Shown here piece after piece: positions 1-21,932 of a stretch of DNA of 64,000 nucleotides. Location of the stretch: NCBI GenBank assembly GCA_030141605.1, contig JAQGDQ010000006.1, forward strand, positions 1,384,687 to 1,448,686. The letters run 5' to 3'. The first letter of the stretch is position 1. Each line of letters starts with the position of its first letter. The notes under the pieces are model-generated. The model made no database searches. It was not told where the DNA came from and worked only from the letters and a program-made list of their open reading frames with translations. A program made the position numbers and the translations under genes. This DNA is from Tubiluchus corallicola. Taxonomy: Eukaryota > Animalia > Priapulida.

Positions 1-1288
1 GACCTGTGGAACCCATTTCTGTAATTTTCATTTCAAAAATGGAGACTGCTTTCAAAATGGCCACCACTAGACTAGAAGAAAATCACGAAAAGGTGCTTCT
101 ATAAAGTTCTAGGGGCATTTTTTTCTAAAAGGATAACATAGATAGTCTTCTCAATCCTGACCGTGCTGTAGTTTTGCAATGTCAATAAATCGACATCTGG
201 TGCTAGGGCAGTGATCAATGCCTGGACAAGCAGTACCTGCCTGATGCACCACTGCACGGGTGTGCCCACCAAATGTGTTGTACACTGTGGAGAAATTTTC
301 ATCAAAAAATCTTTCCTTTCTAGTCAACAAGCCTTTACATGCTTTGCAAACTGACGTTAATGTGCCAGCTTTGTGATACAGGAGTACAACAAAACGTTCC
401 AGCACAGGCCTGAGTTCAAGTCAACAGTTCTGCTTTAGTAGCATTTCTTAAAAATACAAATGCTTCTGTTATGTGGGCCAAGCCATCTTTTTGCTCTTTC
501 TGTAAACTGAAGTCTGGTCGCAAACAGTATTGGCAGTACAGAGCTGATTTTTTTCACATTTTCATATGGTTTAAGATGCCGTTTTTATAAGCTAGCAACA
601 GCTCTTTTTTTGCCATTTTGAAAATATTGGTCATATTGGTGCTACCCTAAATCCTTGACCTTTAAAGCCTACATGTAGATACTAATATCATCGTTCTATT
701 TGCCTTAGGTCGGGCAATATATCTAATATATTACACAAGTGGCTACAAGTATTGTGGCAGCCATCTTAAAATCCTAACTGAGGTGTTGGCCATTTTGTTT
801 TTTACTTGTTGGGCTGTTTGAATCACTTTGCATTATTTTGGGGCTAGTAGTAGCTCTCTGGATTCAAGAAGATCCAGTTGATCGTTTCTTGATTGTATAA
901 TGAATCTTATGATGAAACAGTTAATGTAACTGCATGATTGGCATTATTCGCATGGTTGCTAATTTGAAAGCGGTAGTCATTTTTGAATGAAAATGACAGA
1001 AATGAGTTCCTCGAGTCCAAATATCCTGGAATAGATTGCATACTGGTTTTTTGATGTTAATTTTCTGATAGTCTCTCTTAATGTACATTGTTTTTGCTAA
1101 AACTTGGTGGCAAAATTTTGGACTTTTTAGTGGTGGCATTTTTAACCCCTTTCTGATGATTTTTCGAGCTGGCAACAACATTTTTCACATTCAGCATCCA
1201 TGGCCAAATTGATAAGACTGGCTATGTTGCCCACTTTTAGAAAAAAATGCCTTTAGGAGTCAACTTTTCTGAAAATGTGACTAGACTA
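1..1288 (-). mobile_element. Degenerate Academ-like DNA transposon remnant in a UBE2T intron
   Basis: ORF 151..405(-) LERFVVLLY...HTRAVVHQAG resembles the C-terminal XPG-like region of Academ transposases. The right end reads GTGACTAGACTA (reverse complement TAGTCTAGTCAC), and AAAATGGC-type subterminal motifs recur. Frameshifted and decayed; the left end is uncertain. Confidence 0.5.
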
Positions 1289-1326
1289 TAAGTGAGATGT
1301 TACATTATTCAATAAACATTTTTCAG

Positions 1327-9861
<8,535 letters not shown>

Positions 9862-11005
9862 GTCGAAGAAAAGAATATCAAAATTCATTCCTGTGTTTCT
9901 TCTTTTAATTACTTTTCATCTAGCTCTTTACCTACATTGTTACCCTTACCTCTGCCATATACTCTGGGTAACTTGTTGTCTTGTAGAAATTTAAACTATG
10001 CTAATAAATTTATAATAACTGATATGTACAGTCACTTATAGTGTTGTTGTTGTTGTAATCGTTGTTGCAATTTCACTCTGTATCAGAAGTGCTTACCGCT
10101 ACGATCAACAATTTTAAAAAGATGAGTCCAGATAACAAATATGCAAATGGCACTATTTGCGTCATGAACGCTGCCATGGTGAGTATAGATTTTAATGTTG
10201 CAAACATTACAGGGGATTGAAGATCTAAAGAACTTGTTTTTAATTCTTCTAAAACTTTTGTATTTGAAATTCTTGCTACATGTGAAGATGTCCTTGTGGA
10301 GTGTGCAAATTCAGAAAAATCATTTGGCGTGCATGTATATAAAGACCTGTAAGCGTGTTTTTGTGAAATACATTACCGGTCAATGGATTCAGAAAATATC
10401 TCAAAAAATGATTTCTTAATACAATGTGAGAAGAATTCCTTCATCTTGTTAGCTGACCAACGTGATACTTTACGCAAGATCTTATTTGTGGATATATAGC
10501 TTTCAAAACGAGTTTCATGTATTAACTGAAACATCTGATATACCAGAAAACTTATCTAATGTCATCCACTAATTACATGACCGCTGTCCATGAAACAATG
10601 AATTACTGCAACTGAGTACAGATTTCAAATTAGTACCATGACTGTTTTCACAAATGTCTGAAACGTTGAGCATTGTATTTATGAAACTCACTTTTACACT
10701 CCTTTTAAAAAATGATGTAGCATCCTATCACAGTAAAAAAATATACAATAACATGGTCATCTACAGAAAGTAATAGGTATGTACAGTTATTACTGGCTAT
10801 TATATGTCCTTTTTAATAAAAATTCGGGATTAAATGCAAAGACAGACTACTGAAAATAATACATCTGGCTTATGCAATAAATAGTTAAAAAATCATGTAA
10901 AGTAAAAACAAAAGTTTTGCCTGTTACATAAATAAATTTATTAGCTCTAATTATGATAATAAATAATGCTCAAATTTGCTATTAGCAATTGCATTTAATA
11001 ATGTT

Positions 11006-14000
11006 TCAACTTAATTCTTGAGATGCTTCTTTAACTTCCTGGATTAATATCAGTTGTTCTCTGAATTCATTTGATTCTGAAAACTGTAAGCAAAACTTCT
11101 GTTTCAGTGGCTGCATCAGACCTTGTGCAACATTAACTGTACAGTTTTGTAGCTGAGTCAAGTTGCTGTCATTTGCAGAATTTTGAGTGTTATGGCTTTG
11201 TTCAACCTGATTTACAAATTCTGCTACAGTCATTGTTGTCCATTCACCACTTGCAGAGTTGTTGTCACTGAGTTTTCCTCTCTCTTCTTTATGCGTGGAC
11301 AGGTGGTGCTTCAAACTCTCCGAATTTACGGAACAGAAGCTACAATGTGGACAGCTATGATCGAGTTTGCAGCCTGTAAAAATACAAACCAGTTAAAACT
11401 GTTAGACAAACAAAAATAAGGTGTATCTGTTTCAAGAAGAGCTTCTCATTCTTAGTTGAGACTTCACATAATGTAGTTGAGTAGAATATTAACACAGCAT
11501 ATTTGAATGGAATCAGCCATTCCAAAGTTCTATATCAGGTCTAAAAACTCCTAGACTAGAGAGATTCAGTGGATTAATGAAAACTAATCGCACAAGGTTA
11601 GCTGTCACATCTCAAGAGTAAATGTGACAAATTAACATAAAACATATGGTTATGTAGGCAAGGCTACAGTGTCACTATTGTACAGTGTAGACTGCAATTC
11701 AATTTTATTCCTTAGTTTGTAGTCAACAGGTACACTGTGAATAGCTTTTGCAAAAAATTTCCACATCAAAATACTGGGATGCAACACTGAGAAATGAATA
11801 TGTGCTGTTTAGGTGAAAGGAATGCCGAATCACAAGTACAGCAAGTGTATTGAAGTGATCATGTTGTTTAAGTACTCAACTGAATGCATGAATAACAGCA
11901 GTATACATACACGTATAGGATGAATACTAAGATGTTTTAAATTATTATGTTTTTAATTTATGACCGCGACTTAAATAATCTGTGGCATATTGTGACATTT
12001 TGCAAGTGTGTTTTGAGACCGTCAATTAATAAGTTGCTGATTCAACGCAACCCTATATGCTAAAATTTTGCTTACACGGTGGAAAATGACTCTGCAATGA
12101 TTTTCACCTCCATCATAAACTGAGGTCAACCAAGTTCTTCTAGTGACTAGTGTTCATATAATATATTACAACGTGCGCTACACAATAACAAAGACATACA
12201 CATTTTTATGCTAAATGATCTTGACTCCTTCATAAATACAGAAATCGCCTGGATGTTCTTGCATTAACATGTTGTTTAATGCTTGGCTGAGCACATGAAT
12301 ACATGACTAAATATCATAATTACCTGGATGTTTTGAACGAATATGTTGTTTAAAAGTGCTTGACTGTATACATGAATAACCACAGTAAATGCACAAATAA
12401 GGTTTTTCTCCAGTGTGGCGATGTTCATGACGGCGCAACGTACTTTTGTCACCTAAAATCAGTTAAAAAAGTACATGTAGACTGAATTAAAAAAGAGAGC
12501 CCGCAATACTTGAAACATTAAAATGAGGTAAACCTCTTGCAATTCATTTTCAGATACGTAATGACTGAATAAGAAAAAAGTATAATACAGGTAAGATACG
12601 AGGCATAAGGCATGTTATGTCTTATGGCACACAGTGATGTTTTTGTTCACAGATTGGCAAACAAAAAAACAAAATTAACTTTTGATTCCAGTTGACTTTG
12701 CGTTACAGTGGCCGCCGCTTATTGTGGACACCTCGGGCCAGCAGTGTATGTCCATATTAAGCGAAGTGACCCATGAAGACCCCCCCTTCATTAAAAAAGG
12801 CAAAAAACTGTCTGTATCAACTCGTCTCCTGTTTTATTGAAAAAAAAGAAGTCAGACGAGTTTGTTTGGCAGGAAACTTTTCTCTCAACCTTGAACGGAA
12901 GGAAGTTATCACAGTTTCGAAGCTCTCAAGGCCACGGCAAACGGCGAACTGACTGATGCAATGACTCACACAGGCAGCAGAGCGGGAAGCTCTTTTCAAT
13001 CACGCGCGCAGGCCGTGGTTGGCACGGCTGGTTCACGTGCCAAGAATGTTCGCTGTCCATATTAACCGGCGGATTTTATTAGGGGAAAATTCCGTCCCTC
13101 GCGAGTGTCCACAATAACCGGCTGTCCACAATAACCGTGTCCATAATAAGCGGCGGCCACTGTACTGGGTTGTAATAATAATGATTTTAATCTACTCACT
13201 AATCACACCGTTAACTTACTGACAGGAATGAAGAGCTTAGATGATAAAATTTTAAAGCGCCATCATATTTTGAAGCAAAAACCTTGAGTTTTAAGGGCAG
13301 TCTCATCAAGTATGCTATCTTAATTGAGACTGAGTAAAAAAATTAAGTGATGTCACAGGAAAAAACCACTGACAGTTCAGTGGATAATCATTATTAATGA
13401 TTATTCTTGATAATGAGCTATGTTCCAGTTCAACCACAACCGTTTATATTAAGGCCTGTCAGCGAGTGTTAGAACTTGACTTTCACTGTGCCAAACTGTA
13501 TAAAAAACCTACACATTAATCAAACAGCATGCTGAAGTGTCCCAAAAAGAATTGGCTCAATAGTGAACGTTAAAAATTCATAAATATTCTACCTACTTGT
13601 TCTAAAATCACAGTAGCTACAGGCAAAAGGTTTTTCCTTTGTGTGAGCACTTCGCTCATGCAGTGTAATATAATGACTCCGAACTGCCTTGTAATCACAG
13701 TACCGACAATGGAAAAATCTTTTAGGAAGATGCATCTCACGCTTGTGTTTCTGAAAGCTCTTTAGGTTGGCTAATGTTTTTCCGCAAACATCGCAGACCT
13801 TTGGCACATTCTTTTTTTGTTTTTCCTCTGGACGATGCATACAGAAATTGTGTTCTGTTAATGCCCTGCTTGTTTTGAAACACTTCCCACACTCCATGCA
13901 CACACAAGGTTTTTCTTGACTGTGCACTGTTATGTGATTCTGCAGTTTGTATTTGGAATATGTCGCTGTGCCACAGATTGGACATCTGTGCATGCCGTGA

Positions 14001-17000
14001 CCAATTTTGTGTTTTACCCACAAATGTGCTTTCAGAAACTTACAATATTTTGTCCTAAATCCGCACTCTGGACACACAAACTTGTCAGATGTATTTGGAT
14101 CTTTGAAATGACATCTTTTGTGGTAATCCAACTCAAACTGCTTTTTATACTTTGCATAGCATCCCTTTTCTTTACAAGCAAATGGCCACTCATAATCACA
14201 ATTGCTAGTCCTTGTGCCAGATTTAAGTGCTTTAGAGTGGGCTACTTGAGGCTCCATCTCTACCTTGGCTAAATTTTCCACTGTTTCTTTCGGCAAATCG
14301 CTTGCATGTTCTTCTAACTGTGTGAAATTAATAATGGCATATGAAAAATGTACGATACTTATAAATGAAACTGGGTCACAGAGTTATTGTATATAAATAG
14401 CAATCACTGCAAACAGTACGCAAAAGGTTTTTTATTTTTTTAAGAGAAGAGCAAGTCTTTTTCTATGGTTAGTAAATATGCAACTACAGAGCTGCCTTTT
14501 TAGTACATCCAATGAGAACATTGTTTATAGAATCATCAAAATCACAAATGGCACAGAGATAATGTGAGAAAATGGTAATGTCAGTATGGTCAAATTAAAC
14601 TGCTGCATACCAGACGGAGTGGCAGAAGTAAATGATAAAACACCCAATAATAATTCTTTCAATTATGTAAACAAAACGGTTAAGTTATGCCGTGAAAATA
14701 ATCGTCACATTTACATCATCTGTATATAACTCACACGTGGAGCAGCATTTTTTAAGCATTTCTTTGGTCATTGACAGTGCAATTCAAATTATTTTCAGTA
14801 ACACATTCAAGCAACAGTTGTTATATGTAATTTGGAGAGCAACAAATGGCACAAAAACCAGTGCATTAGATTGTCAGAGTGGCCTGTGGTAGTGAAGAAA
14901 AACCACTAAGAGCACCAAAGTAATGCATATTTACGTTTACCAGACACTTGCCAGCACGAAATTCAGAAAAAAATTCAAAAGTAAGTTGTGGCACTTTTAT
15001 AACTGATTTTAGTTAATAGTTGTAGGCATTCATACTATGCAATAATTTATTTTTTAATATTGGCTCACTAGATTATTTTGCAAGCGAGCCCAAAATTATA
15101 GTTATGCTACTGAATGTAAGCATTTCAAAAAAAGAAGTTCCTTACCATATGTTTCTCTACGAGAATGGCAGAAGTAAAAGATGCCAAGCAAGCACCACAT
15201 TGATATGTCGTCTCTTTAGTTGTAGATTCAGGTGTCAAGTGCTGCTTTATATGACCTCTATTAGAAGAATCTGAATCTCCCGTTGTGTCATTTGTATGAA
15301 TGTCCATGTGAAGATCATTGTTTGCAGAAAAGCTAGCCTGATTAAACCAAAAGGTACTGCTGCTATTCAGTTTGAGAATCAAACATAGTGCAGTTACCAG
15401 CAAAAGGCAATGAAATAAACATTTATCAAACAAAATATTCGTTGAATAAAGAAAAGATGCATGACAAGCTTTTGCAATCAGCTAACTGAAGCAAGCACAA
15501 GATAAATAAATCGCCTAATACCTTGTGGCAAAGGACATTGTAGTTCAATTGTACATGTAATGTATGAATCCTGCTTCCTTTACCACTTAAAAAGATTGTT
15601 AAGAATTACTTTCACCTTTAATTGAACAGACCTTAATAACACAAAACACAGCTTTACCAAACACACTTCAACAGTTCTAATGAACTAAGAGTAGTTCAGC
15701 GGAAGCGTACTCGTTTACTCTGTGAAGCCGGAGTTCAATACCCTGCAGAGGTGAGCTAAAGAGTTAAAAAATGGTACTTTCGCTTTTAAGAGGCAAGCAA
15801 AAAACCTGCTCTGTAATGATAATCACTATTAGGTACATTAGGTAGCTATAATTTTGTCGAATTGAACGAAAAATAAAAACGCTATTTATGCTACTGGCCT
15901 AATTGTTGACTTTAAATAAAGATTATTGTTATTGTAGACTTACAGTAATGTGGCCCTCTGAATGCTCAAAAATGTTCGTGGTAAACAGCTGTTGGGTAGC
16001 TTTTGAAGAGGCAACATCAGTACCTTGTATAGTTGCGTTACCATTGAGTTGTCTTGCGACTTGTTGGCTTATCTCACACTGTGGTGACAGTAAGTCCACA
16101 GCACCTACAAAGCACAAATGTCCTATTATTGCAAAGTACCAGCCAAGTTGGTTTTGTACTTTAAGATGGTGTAAACTGTTACTAAAATATGTGGTCGGAC
16201 AGTTAGAAAGTTAGCCAAATGTTTTTTTGTACCAGTAGCAGATTTGAAGCTGGAAACCGGTAAACCACAAAAAATACTGAAAATTTTATACACTGTAAAA
16301 TACAGCAAAATGTCTATTTGAATACCCCAAAAATTACTAATAAATTACAAACTCAGAATGCTCAAACACATATGCACAGTAATAATTGTGTTTTCACTTT
16401 TGAGCTAGAGCAGTAATAGATCAATGTTATTAATCATCATTGTATATAGTGTATTGAATATATGGGAAGTTTTAACAATGTAGAACATGTTACTAATAGG
16501 TCAGCTTTATAATCCTTAACTCTTTATTTGAACCTATCTATTACATTCCATTACAGCTTTGTGGCAGTATGAATCACATTAACTGCTTAAGTATGATCGT
16601 GTTTCTCTAGCTAAGCATGTAATATCATATATGTACTGCTTGCTAACTGGATTTACAATTTTGGATAATGTCAGTTGTGCTGAAACATCTTGTACTTATT
16701 TTTGCAATATAGATAATGCAAAAAATTTACATAATCGATCTGGGTTTAGCATTTCCCATTAATATTGAGATTTCTAGAAATTAATATTTTATTCTTAATA
16801 ACAACAGAATTATGAAAACTTTACCTAGATTTTGTGCTGGTGCAGAAGAATTTGTGTAATGTGCTTCTACCGATGCCTGCTGATAGGTAGCCCACTGGTG
16901 CGAGTTCTGCAGGTGAGCAAGAAACACCTGAGCATGATTTGCAGCAAATGTGCAATATCTGCACTTGAACATTATCACAACATCAGCTAATCCAATAAGT

Positions 17001-17017
17001 TCTGGTGGTAGAGACAT
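11006..17017 (-). CDS. Multi-C2H2 zinc-finger protein; exons 17017(or 17055)-16825, 16104-15944, 15337-15146, 14317-13597, 12452-12324, 11373-11006
   Basis: All six exons have GT-AG boundaries with consistent phases (1,0,0,1,1). About 11 C2H2 fingers with HTKEKPF/HTGEKPY linkers; one finger spans an intron (CDFRTS|DKSTLRRHEHRH). The start codon (MSLPPEL, 17017) is inferred, and an upstream exon exists (acceptor at 17056). Confidence 0.87.
12706..13162. mobile_element. pogo/Tigger-type non-autonomous element (MITE) in the zinc-finger gene intron
   Basis: TIRs CAGTGGCCGCCGCTTATT...AATAAGCGGCGGCCACTG with TA on both sides. The internal remnant ORF 12817..12999(-) ends in the PIP-box-like KQTRLTSFF typical of pogo transposase C-termini. 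Confidence 0.85.
15690..15790 (+). mobile_element. tRNA-derived SINE head remnant
   Basis: A-box-like GTAGTTCAGCGG and B-box-like GAGTTCAATACC at tRNA spacing; no complete cloverleaf. Confidence 0.4.
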
Positions 17018-17410
17018 TATCCTTACTTTTTCTGTATTGCACAAGTGAAGTGACACTAAATTAAATAAATGTAGCCATGTAGGTATACATTTGTTACTTT
17101 AGGTAAATAAATGAGTATTACACCACTTGCCATGCTAGCTATAATTATAGAAAAATAACCAGTTTAATATCACCAACTCATTAGTTTTCATTCAGTTCTT
17201 CCCGGAACAAGCAATCAAATAATCCAGAAAGCAAAGCTTCAAATGAAAAACAAGCAACAATTTGAGGTAAAAGCAAGGAAAAGCATGGACCTTTCTCAGT
17301 TCACAGTATAGTCAAACTATACTAGTGTCATACTCTTTGTGCCGCCTATTTTGTGACTGCAAAAAAGCTGGCATTACAACGAGGCATTATAGGCGTAAAT
17401 TGGCGTTAAA

Positions 17411-19157
17411 GGGTCATTCCAGGTGCAAAAACCCTTATGCCACAGATTTTAGTGCAATTTAGTGTATTGGTTTGGCATATGGAGAAATGCAAAAATCCAA
17501 ATTTTTAGCAAAATTGGGCCAATGGTTCAAAAGTTATGGCCCTTTAAAAATGGTCGAAAGGGCCAAAAAATTTGTCATGACCTGCAATTTTTAAACGTTC
17601 ATAACTCACAAAGTTTATAACCTTTACTTTGACCTTGTGCGTCAGAACTTTTTTGACAGAATGTTCACAAAATCAAAATAAAGGAATACAATTTTAAACA
17701 GTACATTTTATTCCAAAGAAAAGTAGGATTGTTCCTCGGTCAAAGGACTACAATTCAGATGGTCAGAGAACTGATACGCGATATATTAGTTATGATAAGA
17801 TTACATAAAAAAATTTATAAAGTGTCATATATATGTTCCATAGGTGCTGTGACTTTGTGTGCTTTTACCAGTCCTTAATTTTCGCTTGAGGGGATTTTGA
17901 TAAAATAAGAGAGAATCCGCTCAATTCCTCTTGTAATGCCAACCCTGTCTAGTGATGCCCATATCTTTTCCACTTTCAAAATTGTTTGTATGAGTGTGCA
18001 TGATGAAGTTTACTATTTGGGAAAACCATAGAATATCTTCATAGAATAAAAATAACTAACGTTTTACTGGTGTTTTATCCAGAGTGAACAATACAGCATT
18101 AGCATTCATCAAACATACATCTCCGTCACTTTCTGATGATGAAACTTCTGTATATTCCTCCAAATCACTGTCTTATTCATGATCAACATTTTGTTTGAGT
18201 TTCATGCAAAACTTGGACACACTTTTTTTACCAATTACAACAGATTTGGTGGATTTGTAAATTGTCTGAAAAGATCCTCTGTAACGCTTCTCAAAGATCT
18301 GTGGATAATACTCTTGTGAAGAGAAAATGGATCACAGCATTTCCTTTGCAGTTGAGAATAATTAATCAGAAAGAGTTGCTCATGATGCTCACATAGAGTT
18401 GTGATCATTGGTAAAGGGACATCAGTTCTTGAACTTAAATGTCTCGAATGTTTCAGCATTCCTCAAAGATGTCTTCCTGGTGTATATTAGATGATGACAT
18501 GAACTTTCTTTCGAATAAAAACTGCACTTATCTATGTTTCACTAAAATAAATTCACACATTACATAAAATGCATGCTATAAGCTTTTAAAATTTAAAGAT
18601 GACTGACTCCTAAACACCAAATATTGAATGGATGCATATGAAATATATGGTACACATACACACTTTATGATATATACATGTCACCACGAATTAGGCTTGT
18701 ACTGATAAATTCAAATGCCCGTAAAAATTATTCAAAGCAAAAAACACCTTAGCTTTTTACAGAGTGCATGATTCAGATACAGAGGAATTCAGAAATTTCA
18801 GTGTCCATACAAAACATTCTGTCCACAAGGTCATTTTCAAGGTCAAAGTAAAGGTCAAAAATTCTTGTAAATTCAGACACCACCTGTCTGAAGTTTTGTT
18901 GCAGATTCTGAAAGCTTACTGAATTTCCTTTAAGATGACACCACTCCCATCAAAATTGGATTTAAACTTTTTGAGTTTAGGCAATTTTTGGCCCGTTCGG
19001 CCATTTTTAAAGGGCCATAACTTTTGAACCATTGGCCCAATTTTGCTGATTTTTGCATTTCTCCATAAGCCAAACCAACACACCAAATTGCATTAAAATC
19101 TGTGACATAAGGGTGTTTATCTGAAAAAATATTGGGTGATTTGAGGTGGAATGACTC
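17411..19157 (-). mobile_element. Decayed Sola2-like DNA transposon with ~160-170 bp TIRs
   Basis: 17411-17572 is the inverted copy of ~18985-19157 (GGGTCATTCCA...TGGAATGACTC). The internal fragment 18235..18459(-) has LCEHHE...RKCCDPFSLH, a Cys/His motif I associate with Sola2 transposase N-termini. The flanks are AT-rich 4-mers (TAAA/TATA). Confidence 0.65.
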
Positions 19158-20049
19158 TATAACGAGGTGCATTAATACATGCATGTCTATGCAAACAGTG
19201 ACATTTTGTTTTGCTAAAAATGTGGGCATTAAGCGAGATTCGCATTATAGAGGTGGAGGGGTTATAATGAAGTTTGACTGTATTAATCAACTAAAGAAAC
19301 AGAAAAGAAGAATTAAGTAAAAGAGACAACCAAATCTCTTAGTCTGACAGCCCTTGCAAATTGATTAAACAGACTGGAAAAACATAATTTGGCTTTAAAC
19401 CCTTGCCTCCCAAATATAATAGCATACTGATTCAAAGTTGTTATTTTGCACTTTTGCAAATATGAAGGTATGTAACAGAATTGTATATTTTTACATATAA
19501 TAATGACCAGTGGCGAGTCATAGCTAAAATTACTGGGAGTGCTGCTTCAGAAAATTTTTTAGCCACTGTTTTAATACTGTGTAAGACGAAACAAACATAT
19601 GTAATTTTAATAGCAGAAACTTTCAAATATAAAGGCATTTATACGTAGTAAGCAAAAACTCATTTGCAAGTAGTATCGCGAAACATTAAAAAAATTGCAA
19701 AATTTAGTGCAAAACTAAGCAAACACACATTAAGCGATGCTGGCTTTATTCGCTGTACTACAGCATTCGAACTAATAAGGACAATCGCTGCACCATCAAC
19801 AGGTGAAACAAACAAGCTGCTGGAATATGCTATCTTATGTCGTATAATTTAGTTGCACCTAACTTTACGCACACTTAGCATTAGAATGGGATTCATTAAA
19901 CAAAATTTTGTCTCAGCCGGGCGCCTAACTTTACGACACCTCGGAAGCTGTCTTAACTGGTTGAATAGTGTTGTATTTATTGTGTCTCAAAATTATATTG
20001 ATCTATATTTTAGAAATATTGTAATTATGAGAGTTACCAAAGGTTAATA

Positions 20050-20570
20050 TTCATCTTCTCTTCTCTTTCATTTCTTTTTTCTTTTCTTTTCTTTTCTTTT
20101 CTTTCCTTTTTTCTTTTTTCTTTTCTTCTCTTCTCTTCCTTTCCTTCCCGTCTTCACACATCTCCTCTCCTTGCCACTCCTCTATTCTCAGCTACTTTCG
20201 AGCTCCACTTCACTTCACTTTTTCCCCTCCTCTCCGTTGCTTTGCCTTCTCTTTTGCTCTTCTTTTCTCTTCCCTATTTCATTTCCCTTCTTCTCTTTGC
20301 TCCTACCTTTTTCAACTACTTTCGAGCTCCTGTCTTCACTTCTCTTCCATTCCTTTGCATTCTCTCCCTTGTACTAGCTTCTTTTTTCTTTGTTCTTCTC
20401 TTCTCTTCTCCTCTCTTCTCAAGTACTTCAAGTTCCTCTCTTCAGTTCACTTTCCTTTCCCTTCCCTTTCATCCCTGTTGCATTCCTTCTCTTGTCTTTG
20501 CTTCTTTTTTCTTCCCTCTCCCTATCTCCTCTCTCCTGTTCCTTCCCTGTCCTTTCTCTTCCCTTCTGCA
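20050..20570 (+). repeat. ~520-bp polypyrimidine (CT-rich) low-complexity tract
   Basis: Almost purine-free (CTTTT)n/(CTCTT)n with degenerate internal repeats, e.g. CTACTTTCGAGCTCC twice. Confidence 0.9.
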
Positions 20571-21215
20571 TTATTAAAGTGTTTGCATTATTAGGCCTAA
20601 GATATGCATAAGAGAATTGCAACTCGTCAATTCTGACTTATTCAACTCGATAAAAGCTGTATTATAGAAGCAAATAATCCTCATACAGACCGCACCTTCG
20701 AGTCGTGCCTGCAGCTGCTTATTTATTCAGGTTTATTATCATTTTGCGTGTTACAGCTCTTGTGATTCGCTAAAGCCAGAACCGCCTAGGGTGTCTTAAT
20801 CTATGACAAACTTTTCAATCTAACTCAAATAGCGGACTTAAGTGACACCTATGACAGTTTTATGAATTCCAACCAACAGTAAAGCTACGACAACCAGCGA
20901 CGTGGACTTAAGTGCACCCTAAGACAGCTACATAAATACGATTTATGACACTGTCTTAGCGATGTCGTAAGACAAAGCACTGAAGAGCATAAATTAACGA
21001 TGCGTACATGAATTTGGCCCCGGATGTGCAAATGTCAAACTTCAGACAATTGCTTCAAATTCCATTATATCGAAATATTTTAATAACCATGATCCAATTT
21101 ATTATCCCAGCCTCATGTCTCTGGGACAGAATTTAACATTCAAGATTGATGCCGAAAAATGAAATAATCCAATGATCTACTACCACATGTTCTGCTAACA
21201 CCCAACTAACACTTA

Positions 21216-21932
21216 CAGTCAGTCTTCGCTTAATGACTCCCGTTTAACGATGTTTCATTTTAACAATGCTGAATATTTCACAATTTTTTCTCACGTAACG
21301 ACACACATTTTATTTCTGACGACAATTTTTTGCTTTGTTCAAACCCATTTTTTATCAACAACATTTTAACCTAATTTGAAACACTAAAACAGTACATGTT
21401 GCACACTGCACCAAAAGTGCACTAAATAGTAAGTAACGTAAAAATGTACATTTACTATTAATGTTTTGCTTCCCAATTGACTGTTAAATGTATCCAGTAC
21501 ATCTATTTGCAATTTATATGTCTCCAGGCACCCGAGTGCAAACTTTATGCAGGGAGTTTTACCTGAAACCTGTTGTTATAGCAACCAGTATCTACATGAA
21601 ATTGTCTCAAGGCCACCCCCAAGCTTGGCTTTTACTATGTAGCATTCAAATGGCTTCAAGGTTAATGAAAGAGAAAACTGCTAGCTAGGCATTAAGGAAG
21701 TTGTGTGGTTTCAAACAAGCAGAAAGAAATTAATTAGTAGAAATGTGAATAAAACTCATAAAGAGTTTAATTTATACAAATTAGACAGCATTGATTTTTG
21801 CCTTTGGAATGTATATCAGTTCTTTTATATTACTTTCTATGGAAGTCTTGGCTTCATCTAACGTTTTCACTTAGCAATGCACTTTTGCTGATATGCTTTA
21901 ATATTACCGTCGTCAAGCCAGTAGGTAGTGTA
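21216..21932. mobile_element. Degenerate Tc1/mariner-pogo-type MITE; related copy inverted at ~34215-34520
   Basis: Begins TA|CAGTCAGTCTTCGCTTAA. 21488-21585 is the reverse complement of ~34215-34315 (CCTGAAACCTGTTGTTATAGCAA / TTGCTATAGCAACAGGTTTCAGG). Confidence 0.5.

Noticed and set aside
20171-20622. Phe/Leu/Ser-rich membrane-like ORFs
   Set aside because: Artefacts of the polypyrimidine tract.
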